This document shows positions 19,788 to 29,494 of a stretch of 64,000 nucleotides of DNA, piece by piece. Every line of letters starts with the position of its first letter. Position 1 is the first letter of the stretch. The notes beneath the pieces were generated by a model. That model was given only the letters and a program-made list of their open reading frames with translations, was not told where the DNA came from and ran no database searches. The position numbers and the translations under genes were made by a program. Source of the DNA: Ignavibacteriota bacterium (GTDB lineage: Bacteria > Bacteroidota > Ignavibacteria > Palsa-1295); contig CAWBEI010000002.1 of assembly GCA_963787835.1 (NCBI GenBank), positions 1,312,001 to 1,376,000 on the forward strand. The letters are read 5' to 3'.

Positions 19788-22700
19788 ATGACACATTCTA
19801 ACTCTTTCGTTTCTTCCGCAGCGGGCGGCAGAGATCATACGTCCCCCATAATGCAGGCATCCTCCCGGATGCGTGTTGTGGTGTGGGCCGCGATGATCGT
19901 GCTGTTCTCGTCTGTGATGCTTTCAGGTACCGCATCGGCGCAGAACGCGCTGATCAACCACACCATCGTTAAATCCCACAATACCCCTCCTCCCGAAGGC
20001 CGTGATTTCTGGTTCGCCATGATGTCGAACTACTGGGGCGAGGATCTTGGCGGGAAGTATATGCGTATTTATATTACGTCTGCCAATAATTGCACGGCGT
20101 TCGTTGCCTCGAATGGTAATGTAACCCCCGTGCCGGTTCAGGCCTATCAGATCTCCAGTTTCAAAATTCCCGAGTTCTGGGAGATGGAGTCCAGTGGTAT
20201 CGTGGAGAACAAGGCAATCCATGTTTATTCGAACACCGCCGATCTTACGGTGTATGACATGTCTCACAATCCTTACACGTCCGATGGTTCGTATATCATT
20301 CCAACGATCGGCTGGGGCACGGATTATGTCGTAGCAGCCTATGGTTCGCTCTTCGAAGGTTCGGGTTCGTATGTGTATGATCTTCCTTCGACCCTTGCTG
20401 TTGTTGCCGATCAGGACAATACGATCATCACCATCACGCCGTCCGCCGATTGCCGCCAGTGCACAAGCGGAAATGACGCTGGTGATGCTAACTCGACGAT
20501 CGTCGTGTATCCGCAGGGCGTGCCCGTTCAGTTCCAGCTTAATCGCGGCCAAAGCTTGCAAATGATGCCTGTGAAGGCGCAAGATTGCGACTTCTATGAT
20601 ATGACCGGCACGATCATTCATGCGAATCAGCCCATCGGAGTTTCTGGCGGATCTGTCTGCCCGAATATCCCGTGCGACCATCCGTATTGCGATCACGTCG
20701 AGGACATGCTTCCTCCGATACGAACGTGGGCAGAAACGTACTATACGACGAATCCACAACAGCCGGAAGGTTCAACGGATGACTATGCACGCTACTGTTT
20801 TATTTCCTCCGTGCCAGGTCAGGAGATCGATCGCTACGATTACAACACCGGCAGTCATGTCGAATGTATTATCAGTAACCAATATGGTATTTACTGGGAT
20901 GAGCTTGAAGCCGCTCAAAAGTTTACAAGCGCTGAACCGTTCCTATGTGTATGGTACATCAATAGTGCTACCTACCCCAATGGAGCTAACGGCAATGGCG
21001 ATCCGGCAGAGTGTATCATCAATCCAAAAGAGCAGTACACGAAAACGGTCGTCTTTGAGACCCCTCAGAGCGTCGGTAATATCGTGCCTTACGATGATTA
21101 CGCAAATCTTATTTGCCGCGATAGCGATGCGAGATACACACTCTTCGATGGAAAAGGAATTCTCGGTCTCGGCGCGCAGCCTATTGACGATACCTTCGAG
21201 GTTTTCAATGTACCTCATATCGCCCCCGGTACACATACGGTCGTGCAGGATACTACAAAGGATCCCACTGCTGCTGGCGTAGGAGTTTATATCTACGGCT
21301 ACGGTTACGACGAATCCTATGCGTGGGCTGGCAGCTTTGGAACAGGAACGTTCCATTCGCCGGATACCATTTCCCCGCTTGCCGATACTACGGGGCATTG
21401 TTTCTCTGCTTACGTCCATGTAACTGATTCGGGTCTGTTGCCCGATGGCATAAATAAGCAAAGTGGCCTCGGTGAGATACGGCTGGACTCGGTCTATAAT
21501 ATGTCCTACATCCCCGATCCTAACTTTATCGAAGGCGCCGGACAGGATAGCAGCGATTATAGCATGTACGTCGTCGATGTAACTAAACCGGCCATACTCA
21601 TTATTGATGTCTATGATATTGCCGGTAACGAAACAAAGATCACGAGCGTCTATGAACCGCTTGTGGACAGCATGAAGCCGCCACTGCAAAATCTCGGCGT
21701 GTGGCAGACTGGAACGTCTCCAAATATAGCATACGACACACTCTACAATTTAGGAGTGCTCCCGCTCAAGCTTGACGAACTCCATCTTTTGTATGGCAAT
21801 GTCGGATTTTCGATATTTGACAGCATTGGCGGAGCGCTCGATCTGTCCCCGATCCCTCCGGGCCAGTATCGCCTGATCCAGATCCAATTTGAGGCATTAG
21901 TTCCGACCAAAGCGGTTGACAGCATAATCTATGGTAATGCCTGCAATCCTCAGTCGGTTGCGGTCATTGGCAGCGGTGGTGCTGCGGACTTCGTTGTCAC
22001 CAATCAAACGTGGCCGAACGAACCATTGGGTTACTGCTACCCGAAGACGGTCTCGATCGAGAATCTTTCTAAAGGTCAGATCACTATCGACAGTGCGTGG
22101 TGGTCAGATACCAAGCATTTCCAAGCCGTGAGTACATTCCCTGTCACGATTCCAGCTTCTCCTGCTAAGGTTAATTTTACGATCAACTATTGCCCCGATT
22201 CCGGTTCGCTGACTATGCATAATAGTACCGGAGGTAGTTGGTTCAGCCCGCAGGTTCTCAAGACGGATGGCAGCGGTCAGCAAGATCCTCGTTTCGACAG
22301 CTTGACCGGCTGGGCCGTTGCACCAAGCGCAGTATTCTATCAGGATACGACCATTACGCTTGATTGCCGGAAGACAAATGACACCATCACGGCGACCTTC
22401 ACGATCGCCGCGAAGGGGACGAGCCAGACTACGATCAGCCGCGTGTATCAAACCGATAATGTGGACTTCTTCAATCTTCAGGGTACGCTTAATAACAATA
22501 ACCTGACATGGGATCCGACGAAGACCGCGCAGGTGCTCGATACCGGCGAATCCGCGACGATCTCGGTGCAGTATATTGTCAAGGGGCAGCAGAATGGAAC
22601 TGTCATTGACCGACTGGTAGCATTCGATGGAAATGACAATATCATTGGAGATACCCTTCAAGTGACTATCAATTCCGTTTATAATGCCGGTATTTCACAA

Positions 22701-24299
22701 CCACCGATGACTACCATCGGGCCGTTACAGTATCAGACGACTCCGGCGCCTGGTGCGAACACAACGAGCTTTGTCATACAAAATACCGCGAATTCGCCGC
22801 TCCAGATCGATAAGATTTACTTCCTGCCAGCTCTTTACGATCCGGCATTCTCGTTTACGATCGCTACAGTGGGGTCGCCTTCTGTACCTGTGGACACCAG
22901 TACTTTCCCCTACACGTTAGCGGCAGGTCAGAGTTTACAGGTCACGGTGAACTTCAATGACTCGCTGTTCCCTGACCCGGTACAGGAGGTGCAGTTCGCA
23001 ATCAATACGAATAGCTGTACACCGTTTAGTGAGTTTGTTACGGCAACGGTTACGCATGTTAGCCCGACAACCTCCGGCTTCCTGGCAACGCCTATCCTGG
23101 CCTGCGACTCGCAGACGAACAACATTAAGATCCTTAATGGTGGACCGAGAACCGAAACGTTTGAGGATAGCGCCAAGGTGATCTCTGTGCAATGGATCGG
23201 TGCGGCCGGTGGTAAGTATTTCTCTACTACGCTTACACCGAACACTGTATTCCGTGGTACCATGAACTTCGGTCCTGGTCCTAACGGTTCGATCATTCCG
23301 ATTGCTATCCCGATTCCGGATACTACCTTGGTGCCGGTGACGTTCACTCCGAACTCAGGCAGCCCGGGAATAGTACCCTACACGGATTCGCTCGAGATCA
23401 CGTTCGTTAACAGCGATGGAGATACCTCGACGCAGATCATACCGGTAACAGGAATCGCCGGAACGGCGCTCGTATCGGCTAATTCGGTCATTGCGAACCA
23501 GACACATGTATCCGATGGTAAATCGGGCGTGGTTGGCGATGCGATGTCCATGCCGGCGAACGTATCGGTCATGATTCCGCCAGCGCTCAATGGCGTGACG
23601 GTCACTCAGTTGTCGATCACGGGTGTAGAGTTAACCTATATCATTCCAAATCGCGACCTTCTGACGCTTACAGGCTTCCAGCTCGATGGGACATTGTCGG
23701 GGTGGTTACCGAAGAAGACCTATGAGACCGCACCTGGTACGGGATTAGGCGCAGATACAATCGTATATCTGCTTACCGGCCCAACGCCATTGACTGCGAA
23801 TACCACCAGTTTCGGTACCTTCATGTTCTCGGTCGATCTGGATAAAGCCGGTAATAACACACCGGTTACGCTGCAATCCATGCAGCTCTTTACCGGCCCA
23901 AGCGGTTCTACTCCGGTTGGCGCTTGTATCGGCAACACGGTATCGAGTCAGGACTTCTCGCTCATTCTTGCCTGCGGCGATTCCACGCTCCGTACTGTTA
24001 TGAATGGACAAGGCGGGAACATCAGCTTCATTGGTGCGGCCACACCTGACCCGGTTACGTCTGGCAACGTAACGATGAAGTATGCGAATCTCGGTGCAGC
24101 CACGATGACACTTGCGATCTACGACGAACTCGGCAACAAGGTCGCTCGTCCAGTGAACAATGTGTATCAGAGCGCCGGTGCATGGCAGGTGACGGCCGAT
24201 GTATCGAAGCTCCCAAGCGGTACTTATACCTATCGCTTGAGCGGCAACAGCGCGACTGGACCGATGGTAGTCTCGAACCAATTCGTCATCCAGCGATAA
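19788..24299 (+). CDS. Giant secreted protein: IgGFc-binding-like N-terminal domain, Ig-like repeats, cohesin-like domain, T9SS type-A CTD
   Basis: Signal peptide ending ASA|Q; EGRDFWFA, P..GWGTDY.V, DHVEDMLPP..W, GDP, YGYG..ESYAW motifs of the IgGFc-binding N-terminal family; CTD ending LPSGTYTYRL...QFVIQR. Confidence 0.85.
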   Translation: MTHSNSFVSSAAGGRDHTSPIMQASSRMRVVVWAAMIVLFSSVMLSGTASAQNALINHTIVKSHNTPPPEGRDFWFAMMSNYWGEDLGGKYMRIYITSANNCTAFVASNGNVTPVPVQAYQISSFKIPEFWEMESSGIVENKAIHVYSNTADLTVYDMSHNPYTSDGSYIIPTIGWGTDYVVAAYGSLFEGSGSYVYDLPSTLAVVADQDNTIITITPSADCRQCTSGNDAGDANSTIVVYPQGVPVQFQLNRGQSLQMMPVKAQDCDFYDMTGTIIHANQPIGVSGGSVCPNIPCDHPYCDHVEDMLPPIRTWAETYYTTNPQQPEGSTDDYARYCFISSVPGQEIDRYDYNTGSHVECIISNQYGIYWDELEAAQKFTSAEPFLCVWYINSATYPNGANGNGDPAECIINPKEQYTKTVVFETPQSVGNIVPYDDYANLICRDSDARYTLFDGKGILGLGAQPIDDTFEVFNVPHIAPGTHTVVQDTTKDPTAAGVGVYIYGYGYDESYAWAGSFGTGTFHSPDTISPLADTTGHCFSAYVHVTDSGLLPDGINKQSGLGEIRLDSVYNMSYIPDPNFIEGAGQDSSDYSMYVVDVTKPAILIIDVYDIAGNETKITSVYEPLVDSMKPPLQNLGVWQTGTSPNIAYDTLYNLGVLPLKLDELHLLYGNVGFSIFDSIGGALDLSPIPPGQYRLIQIQFEALVPTKAVDSIIYGNACNPQSVAVIGSGGAADFVVTNQTWPNEPLGYCYPKTVSIENLSKGQITIDSAWWSDTKHFQAVSTFPVTIPASPAKVNFTINYCPDSGSLTMHNSTGGSWFSPQVLKTDGSGQQDPRFDSLTGWAVAPSAVFYQDTTITLDCRKTNDTITATFTIAAKGTSQTTISRVYQTDNVDFFNLQGTLNNNNLTWDPTKTAQVLDTGESATISVQYIVKGQQNGTVIDRLVAFDGNDNIIGDTLQVTINSVYNAGISQPPMTTIGPLQYQTTPAPGANTTSFVIQNTANSPLQIDKIYFLPALYDPAFSFTIATVGSPSVPVDTSTFPYTLAAGQSLQVTVNFNDSLFPDPVQEVQFAINTNSCTPFSEFVTATVTHVSPTTSGFLATPILACDSQTNNIKILNGGPRTETFEDSAKVISVQWIGAAGGKYFSTTLTPNTVFRGTMNFGPGPNGSIIPIAIPIPDTTLVPVTFTPNSGSPGIVPYTDSLEITFVNSDGDTSTQIIPVTGIAGTALVSANSVIANQTHVSDGKSGVVGDAMSMPANVSVMIPPALNGVTVTQLSITGVELTYIIPNRDLLTLTGFQLDGTLSGWLPKKTYETAPGTGLGADTIVYLLTGPTPLTANTTSFGTFMFSVDLDKAGNNTPVTLQSMQLFTGPSGSTPVGACIGNTVSSQDFSLILACGDSTLRTVMNGQGGNISFIGAATPDPVTSGNVTMKYANLGAATMTLAIYDELGNKVARPVNNVYQSAGAWQVTADVSKLPSGTYTYRLSGNSATGPMVVSNQFVIQR

Positions 24300-24315
24300 C
24301 GATGTAATTTGGACA

Positions 24316-24349
24316 GCCCCTCTCCGAGGTTCATACTTCGGGGAGGGGC
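24316..24349. repeat. GC-rich hairpin (CCCCTC...GAGGGG family) after the giant cargo gene; possible terminator or repeat element
   Basis: gcccctctccgagg ttcata cttcggggaggggc. Confidence 0.55.
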
Positions 24350-24382
24350 AACGTCCCACGAAAAAAGGCTTTCAATTATTTA

Positions 24383-25201
24383 ATGAACTACATCATGCGA
24401 ACTCGTCTCATAGTCCTTCTCTTTGCTTTCGGCGTTCTCGTTCTTGGCACTCGTGCTTCGGCGCAGAACATTATCCATCCTGAGGTTCAGACCGGCTTTT
24501 TGGTCGGGCCTATCGGTGGCATCAATCTCGTAGCGTACAATACCGATCAGTTCGGAATTCTCAACCTCGAACCGAGCTGCTTCACTGCCCAAAACGGGTC
24601 GGATGTTGCCGCCTGGGGCGGTGTATCGTTCGAGTTCCCAATGGGCAACCCGAACGAACTGCAAAGCTTCATCGTCGGTGAAGTATTGTACGATTCGAAA
24701 TCCTCGAAATTCTCGACACTGAATAATTCCGCAGTCGGAATTCCGACCAAGCTCAATGGCTATGTCGATCAGAATTCCTCTGTCACGACTGCACTCAGCG
24801 CGAACCTTGCGTATCTCGAAGTCAACCTTGCGTATAAATACAACTTTACGCCCGGCCCGGCTCCGGTAGGACCTGGTATCCAGGTTGGACCTGTTGTTGG
24901 AATTAAGATGACTTCGAATTTCAACAAGACCATTACGGTCTCGGCTATTAGCCCAAGTGCAACTGCGGACGGCCAGGCTTTAGACCAAACGGTTTCCTCC
25001 ACGTCCTCGATCACGGATGCTCAGGGGCTTCGCATCGCATTGCGTGCGGCGGCAACCTATGACATCTCGTTTTCCAACGATTGGGTAGCTACCCCGACCG
25101 TCGGTTACGATTTTCCGATCACGAAAGTGGATCCTGATCAGAACTGGCGGGCATCGGCTCTTTTTGCCGGTATCGCGTTCCGGTACTTCATCAAGGGATA
25201 A
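24383..25201 (+). CDS. Outer membrane beta-barrel protein (PorT/OmpA-TM-like)
   Basis: Signal peptide, alternating amphipathic strands (GPIGGINL, YLEVNLAYKY, LRAAATYD), terminal GIAFRYF. Confidence 0.75.
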   Translation: MNYIMRTRLIVLLFAFGVLVLGTRASAQNIIHPEVQTGFLVGPIGGINLVAYNTDQFGILNLEPSCFTAQNGSDVAAWGGVSFEFPMGNPNELQSFIVGEVLYDSKSSKFSTLNNSAVGIPTKLNGYVDQNSSVTTALSANLAYLEVNLAYKYNFTPGPAPVGPGIQVGPVVGIKMTSNFNKTITVSAISPSATADGQALDQTVSSTSSITDAQGLRIALRAAATYDISFSNDWVATPTVGYDFPITKVDPDQNWRASALFAGIAFRYFIKG

Positions 25202-25237
25202 TACTTCGATCACAAACAAGATTTTATCTTTGTGATA

Positions 25238-25275
25238 AATAAGCCCTCGCCTAAAAAGCGAGGGCTTATTTTTTG
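25238..25275 (+). terminator. Intrinsic terminator
   Basis: aataagccctcgc ctaaaaa gcgagggcttatt tttt. Confidence 0.85.
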
Positions 25276-25314
25276 CGGACTGTTCGTTCTACATTGATAA
25301 GAATCTGATAATAC

Positions 25315-26448
25315 ATGCAAAATCCCTGGAAAGAAGTAGAACGCCTCGGGCAAAGCCTGTGGTATGATAATTTAAGCCGCGAGTTTATTTCCGGCGGCAA
25401 GATCACTCGTATGATCGAGGAGCTTGGGCTTCGCGGTATCACGTCCAATCCATCTATTTTCGAGAAGTCGATCTCCGGCAGCGATGAGTACGATGCGGAT
25501 ATCGAGCAGGCCATTCATGATGGCCTGACAACCTCCGAGATCTACGAGCGCCTTACCACCGACGATGTGCGCAGCGCCGCCGATGTCATGCGTCCCGTCT
25601 TCGAGCGGACGAATGGCGTGGATGGATACGTTTCGATCGAGGTCGATCCCCGAATTGCCTCGAACACCGAAGAGACCACCCAATCCGCGCGCCGGTTGTG
25701 GAAAACAGTAGATCGTCCGAACGTGATGATAAAGATTCCCGGTACGCCGGAGGGCATTCCAGCTATTCGTCAATGCCTGTTGGAGGGGATCAATATTAAT
25801 ATTACGCTTCTGTTCGGCATCGAAAACTATTCGCAGGTTGCACAAGCCTATCTGGAAGCACTGCTTGAAAGAAAGGGACGCGGTGAGGATATATCCCACA
25901 TTGCAAGCGTGGCAAGCTTCTTTCTTTCGCGCGTCGATACGAATGTCGATCAAACGCTCAAAGCGAGAATTGCAGAGCTCAATGGATCAGGGGACCCGCT
26001 CAGGGCTTTGCTGGGCAAGGCTGCGGTCGCTAATGCAAAGTTGGCGTATGAGCGCTATCTTGGGATCTTCCACGGCCCGGAATTCGCCGACCTTAAAGAG
26101 GCCGGAGCCCGACCGCAACGCTGCCTGTGGGCGAGCGTCAGTACCAAGAACCCGAATTACAGCGATGTGATGTATATCGAGCCGCTCATCGGACCGGAGA
26201 CCGTAAGCACGGTTCCCGATGAAACAATAGCCGCTTTCGCACATCATGGTAAAGCGGCCGATACTCTTGCCACCGGAATTCCCGAAGCGCATGACATGAT
26301 CGAACAGTTACGAAAGCTCGGGATCGATACTGAGTCCGTGGCAAATGAACTGCAAGTCGATGGGGTCAAGAAATTCGCGGATGCCTTTGCATCCCTTGCA
26401 AACAATCTCGATAAAAAACGCAAAGATATTGAAGCGGAGTTAGCATAG
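25315..26448 (+). CDS. tal: Transaldolase (type 2)
   Basis: GQSLWYDNL, GITSNPSIFEK, VMIKIPGT (Schiff-base Lys), NITLLF, ASVASFFLSRVD, QRCLWAS. Confidence 0.97.
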   Translation: MQNPWKEVERLGQSLWYDNLSREFISGGKITRMIEELGLRGITSNPSIFEKSISGSDEYDADIEQAIHDGLTTSEIYERLTTDDVRSAADVMRPVFERTNGVDGYVSIEVDPRIASNTEETTQSARRLWKTVDRPNVMIKIPGTPEGIPAIRQCLLEGININITLLFGIENYSQVAQAYLEALLERKGRGEDISHIASVASFFLSRVDTNVDQTLKARIAELNGSGDPLRALLGKAAVANAKLAYERYLGIFHGPEFADLKEAGARPQRCLWASVSTKNPNYSDVMYIEPLIGPETVSTVPDETIAAFAHHGKAADTLATGIPEAHDMIEQLRKLGIDTESVANELQVDGVKKFADAFASLANNLDKKRKDIEAELA

Positions 26449-26451
26449 TTT

Positions 26452-28074
26452 ATGGCCGATCCGATCGAAAAAATAATCAGTCAACAAACAATGCTCTCGA
26501 AGAGCGTTGTCGATGCCCTCGATCAGGCGATCGCCGATCGCCTGCCAACACGCATCTGGGAAAAAGATACCACCGTCTGGAGCAGTGACCCAAATGTCCA
26601 AAAGATCATTCAAAATCGCTTAGGTTGGCTCGATGTTCCCGATTGGTCGCTCGAGCATTTGAAGGAGATCACCGATTTTGCCAGATCGGTGCATAGTGAT
26701 GGCATCACACACGTCGTGATCCTCGGCATGGGCGGAAGCAGTTTATGCGTGGAAGTAATTCGCGACACCTTCGGCAACAAACAGGGCTATCCGAGCCTGT
26801 TGGTGCTCGATAGCACCCATCCCGATCAAATTTTGGAGATCGAACGAGCGTGTGATCTTTCAAAAACGTTGTTCATTGTTGCCAGCAAGTCCGGGACGAC
26901 GCTCGAACCCGAATGCTATCTTGAATATTTTTGGAATACTTTGGAGAACTTGGGTAGTGAGCGTGGTTCCCATTTCGCTGCGATCACCGACCCCGGTACG
27001 CCGCTTGAAAAGTTGGGACGTGCACGTGAATTCCGGCATGTGTTCTCAAATCCACAGGATATTGGTGGACGCTATTCCGCGCTTTCGTATTTTGGGATGG
27101 TTCCAGCCGCACTGGCCGGGATTGACATTGAACTGCTCTTATCCCGGGCAAGTTCTGAAGCGGGTCTTTCGCGTTCGGAAGAAGAGCGCAATGTTCCGCT
27201 TGCCTTTGGGATATTCCTGAGCTACAACGCCCAGCATGGGCGCGATAAGCTAACGATCGTCACACCGCCGGAGCTTCGTTCGTTCGGATATTGGGCCGAG
27301 CAATTACTGGCCGAAAGCACAGGAAAACTTGGCAAGGGAATTCTTCCTATTGAAGGAGAAAGCCCAAAGGCCATGCTGGAGGAAGCCGAACACCGTGTGT
27401 ATGTACACCTTACGCTTGGCGAAGAACAGCTCCCGGAGGAATACCGATCGAAGCCGGAGCATCTTGAACTTCATCTTATTAATATCTCAGGATTAGGGGC
27501 GCAATTCTTTCGATGGGAATATGCTACGGCGGTTGCTGGGCGCATACTCGGGATCAACCCGTTCGATGAACCGAATGTCGCAGAAAGTAAAGCAAAAACC
27601 AACGAAGTGCTTTCAGGGTATAATGTAACGCAAACTTTAGTTTGTGACCCCGGATTTGGCGTGTCCGCGAGTGGGCAGATCCTCGATGAATTTATCTCAG
27701 CGAACATTAAGCCCGATGGCTACATTGCGGTCATGGCGTATATCAACCGGAACATGGCATCCATCGCAGCACTTGATTCATTGCGGGATAAGCTCTCGCT
27801 GAAATATCATGTGCCTGTCACCGTCGGGTTTGGCCCGCGTTTCCTGCACAGTACCGGTCAATTTCACAAAGGTGGTCCGGCGACGGGGACATTCGTTCAA
27901 TTCGTCGATACACCGCAGGAGGACGTACCCATTCCTGGCAAGCCGTACACGTTTGGCACGCTGAATCGTGCGCAAGCGATCGGCGATTTTGAAACGCTCC
28001 AAAAGCATGGGCGTCCGGTTGTGAGTTTCGATCTTGGAAGCAATGCGGTTGCTGGTCTAACCCAGCTTTTGTAG
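26452..28074 (+). CDS. pgi: Glucose-6-phosphate isomerase (Tal-Pgi-associated type)
   Basis: RLGWL, GMGGSSL, ASKSGTTLE, DIGGRYSALS, EQLLAESTGK, NPFDEPNV, GPRFLHSTGQFHKGGP. Confidence 0.93.
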   Translation: MADPIEKIISQQTMLSKSVVDALDQAIADRLPTRIWEKDTTVWSSDPNVQKIIQNRLGWLDVPDWSLEHLKEITDFARSVHSDGITHVVILGMGGSSLCVEVIRDTFGNKQGYPSLLVLDSTHPDQILEIERACDLSKTLFIVASKSGTTLEPECYLEYFWNTLENLGSERGSHFAAITDPGTPLEKLGRAREFRHVFSNPQDIGGRYSALSYFGMVPAALAGIDIELLLSRASSEAGLSRSEEERNVPLAFGIFLSYNAQHGRDKLTIVTPPELRSFGYWAEQLLAESTGKLGKGILPIEGESPKAMLEEAEHRVYVHLTLGEEQLPEEYRSKPEHLELHLINISGLGAQFFRWEYATAVAGRILGINPFDEPNVAESKAKTNEVLSGYNVTQTLVCDPGFGVSASGQILDEFISANIKPDGYIAVMAYINRNMASIAALDSLRDKLSLKYHVPVTVGFGPRFLHSTGQFHKGGPATGTFVQFVDTPQEDVPIPGKPYTFGTLNRAQAIGDFETLQKHGRPVVSFDLGSNAVAGLTQLL

Positions 28075-28086
28075 CTTCGGTCGCGA

Positions 28087-29400
28087 TCAGAGAAGTTCCA
28101 GCGCATTCCGAAGCCTAGGCAGCATCTCTTCTATTTCATAGATCGATACAGCGCCGGCAGAAAGCCTGAACCATCCGGTGTTTTCCTTCGAGCCGAATGC
28201 CTGAAACGGTACAATAGCTAGCTGTGCGACTTCGAGAAGATATTTTCGGATCTGCTCGTTGGTTTCGAGTACGGTTCCTGATGGCGTTTTGCGACCAATA
28301 AGATCGAATTGCGCTGTGAGATAGATCGCACCCATCGGAGCGATCGCGTCGACAGGGAATCCTTCTCGGTGGAGCGCATGAATGCCCTTGTAGAGCATCC
28401 GAAGCCGGAGTTCCAGCTCAGAGATCATCGCACCATGGTATCCCTCGATGGCATCGTCATCAAGCAAGAGCGTTGCTGTGGCCACTTGCTCTGCTCTTGG
28501 CGCCCAGGCTCCGACGTGGCCAAGGATGTTCGACATGCTGTGCGCCACATCCGGTGCAGCAACGGCCCATCCTACGCGCACGCCGGTCGCGGCGAACGCT
28601 TTGCTGATACCATCGACAAAGATCGTATTCGCACCCAGTTTGGGCCGCAGTGAAACAGGATTGTGATGAACCGTGTCGCCAAAGGTCAGCATCCAGTAGA
28701 CCTGATCGTACATGATGAACATTGGCCGTTCATCGGTATCTCTCGAGTTATTCTCGTCGATGACAAGATCGCAGATACCCTCCAAAGCCTCGCGCGTGAA
28801 TGCGGTTCCGGTTGGATTAAGTGGTGAGCACAGTGAAAGAAGCTTGGCGTCCGCAAGTTTTCCTTTGAGGATCTCGTGCGTTGGCAGGAACGAATCTTCC
28901 GGTCTGCAAACCGCTGCCGTGTAGGTTGCTCTGCTCAACTGGCAATAATGGTTATTGTTCCACGAAGGAACCGGATAGACCACTTTATCGCCTTCGTCAA
29001 TGAGGGCATTATACGTAGCATAGATCGCAGGCCGCGCACCGCCGGTGATAATGAAGGACTCAATGGGATAGTCCAGCCCAAGGCGCTTCTCGTAAAAAGA
29101 TTTTACCGCTTTACGAAGATTCATCATCCCATCCGAGGGCGGATAATTCGTTTCCCCGGCCTCGAGCGCGGACGTGATGAATTTTCGCAATTCGTGCGGT
29201 ATCGGAAAATATTTCGGGTCGAAATCGCCAACTGTAAGATTGCAAATAGCGTGCCCTTCCGCGACCATCGCGCGGATGTCGGCAGCGATCTTTAGAATTT
29301 CGGATCCGACCAGGCCGCTCGCCATCCGTGAGACCGGCGGTGCGGTACGCGGTGGGAACGTGGGCTTAATTATTTCCTTCTCGGCTTCAACTTCGAACAT
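28087..29400 (-). CDS. PLP-dependent aminotransferase, class I/II
   Basis: YPPSDG, SPLNPTG, YDQVY, DGISKAFAATGVRVGW (PLP Lys). Confidence 0.93.
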   Translation of the reverse strand: MFEVEAEKEIIKPTFPPRTAPPVSRMASGLVGSEILKIAADIRAMVAEGHAICNLTVGDFDPKYFPIPHELRKFITSALEAGETNYPPSDGMMNLRKAVKSFYEKRLGLDYPIESFIITGGARPAIYATYNALIDEGDKVVYPVPSWNNNHYCQLSRATYTAAVCRPEDSFLPTHEILKGKLADAKLLSLCSPLNPTGTAFTREALEGICDLVIDENNSRDTDERPMFIMYDQVYWMLTFGDTVHHNPVSLRPKLGANTIFVDGISKAFAATGVRVGWAVAAPDVAHSMSNILGHVGAWAPRAEQVATATLLLDDDAIEGYHGAMISELELRLRMLYKGIHALHREGFPVDAIAPMGAIYLTAQFDLIGRKTPSGTVLETNEQIRKYLLEVAQLAIVPFQAFGSKENTGWFRLSAGAVSIYEIEEMLPRLRNALELL

Positions 29401-29494
29401 GGCTCTCTAAATTATCAAATTATTGTGTGGAGCGTTTCACTTTGTGTGAGACCTCAAACAAAATACTTGCAAAAAATAGCCGGACAATTTTTAT

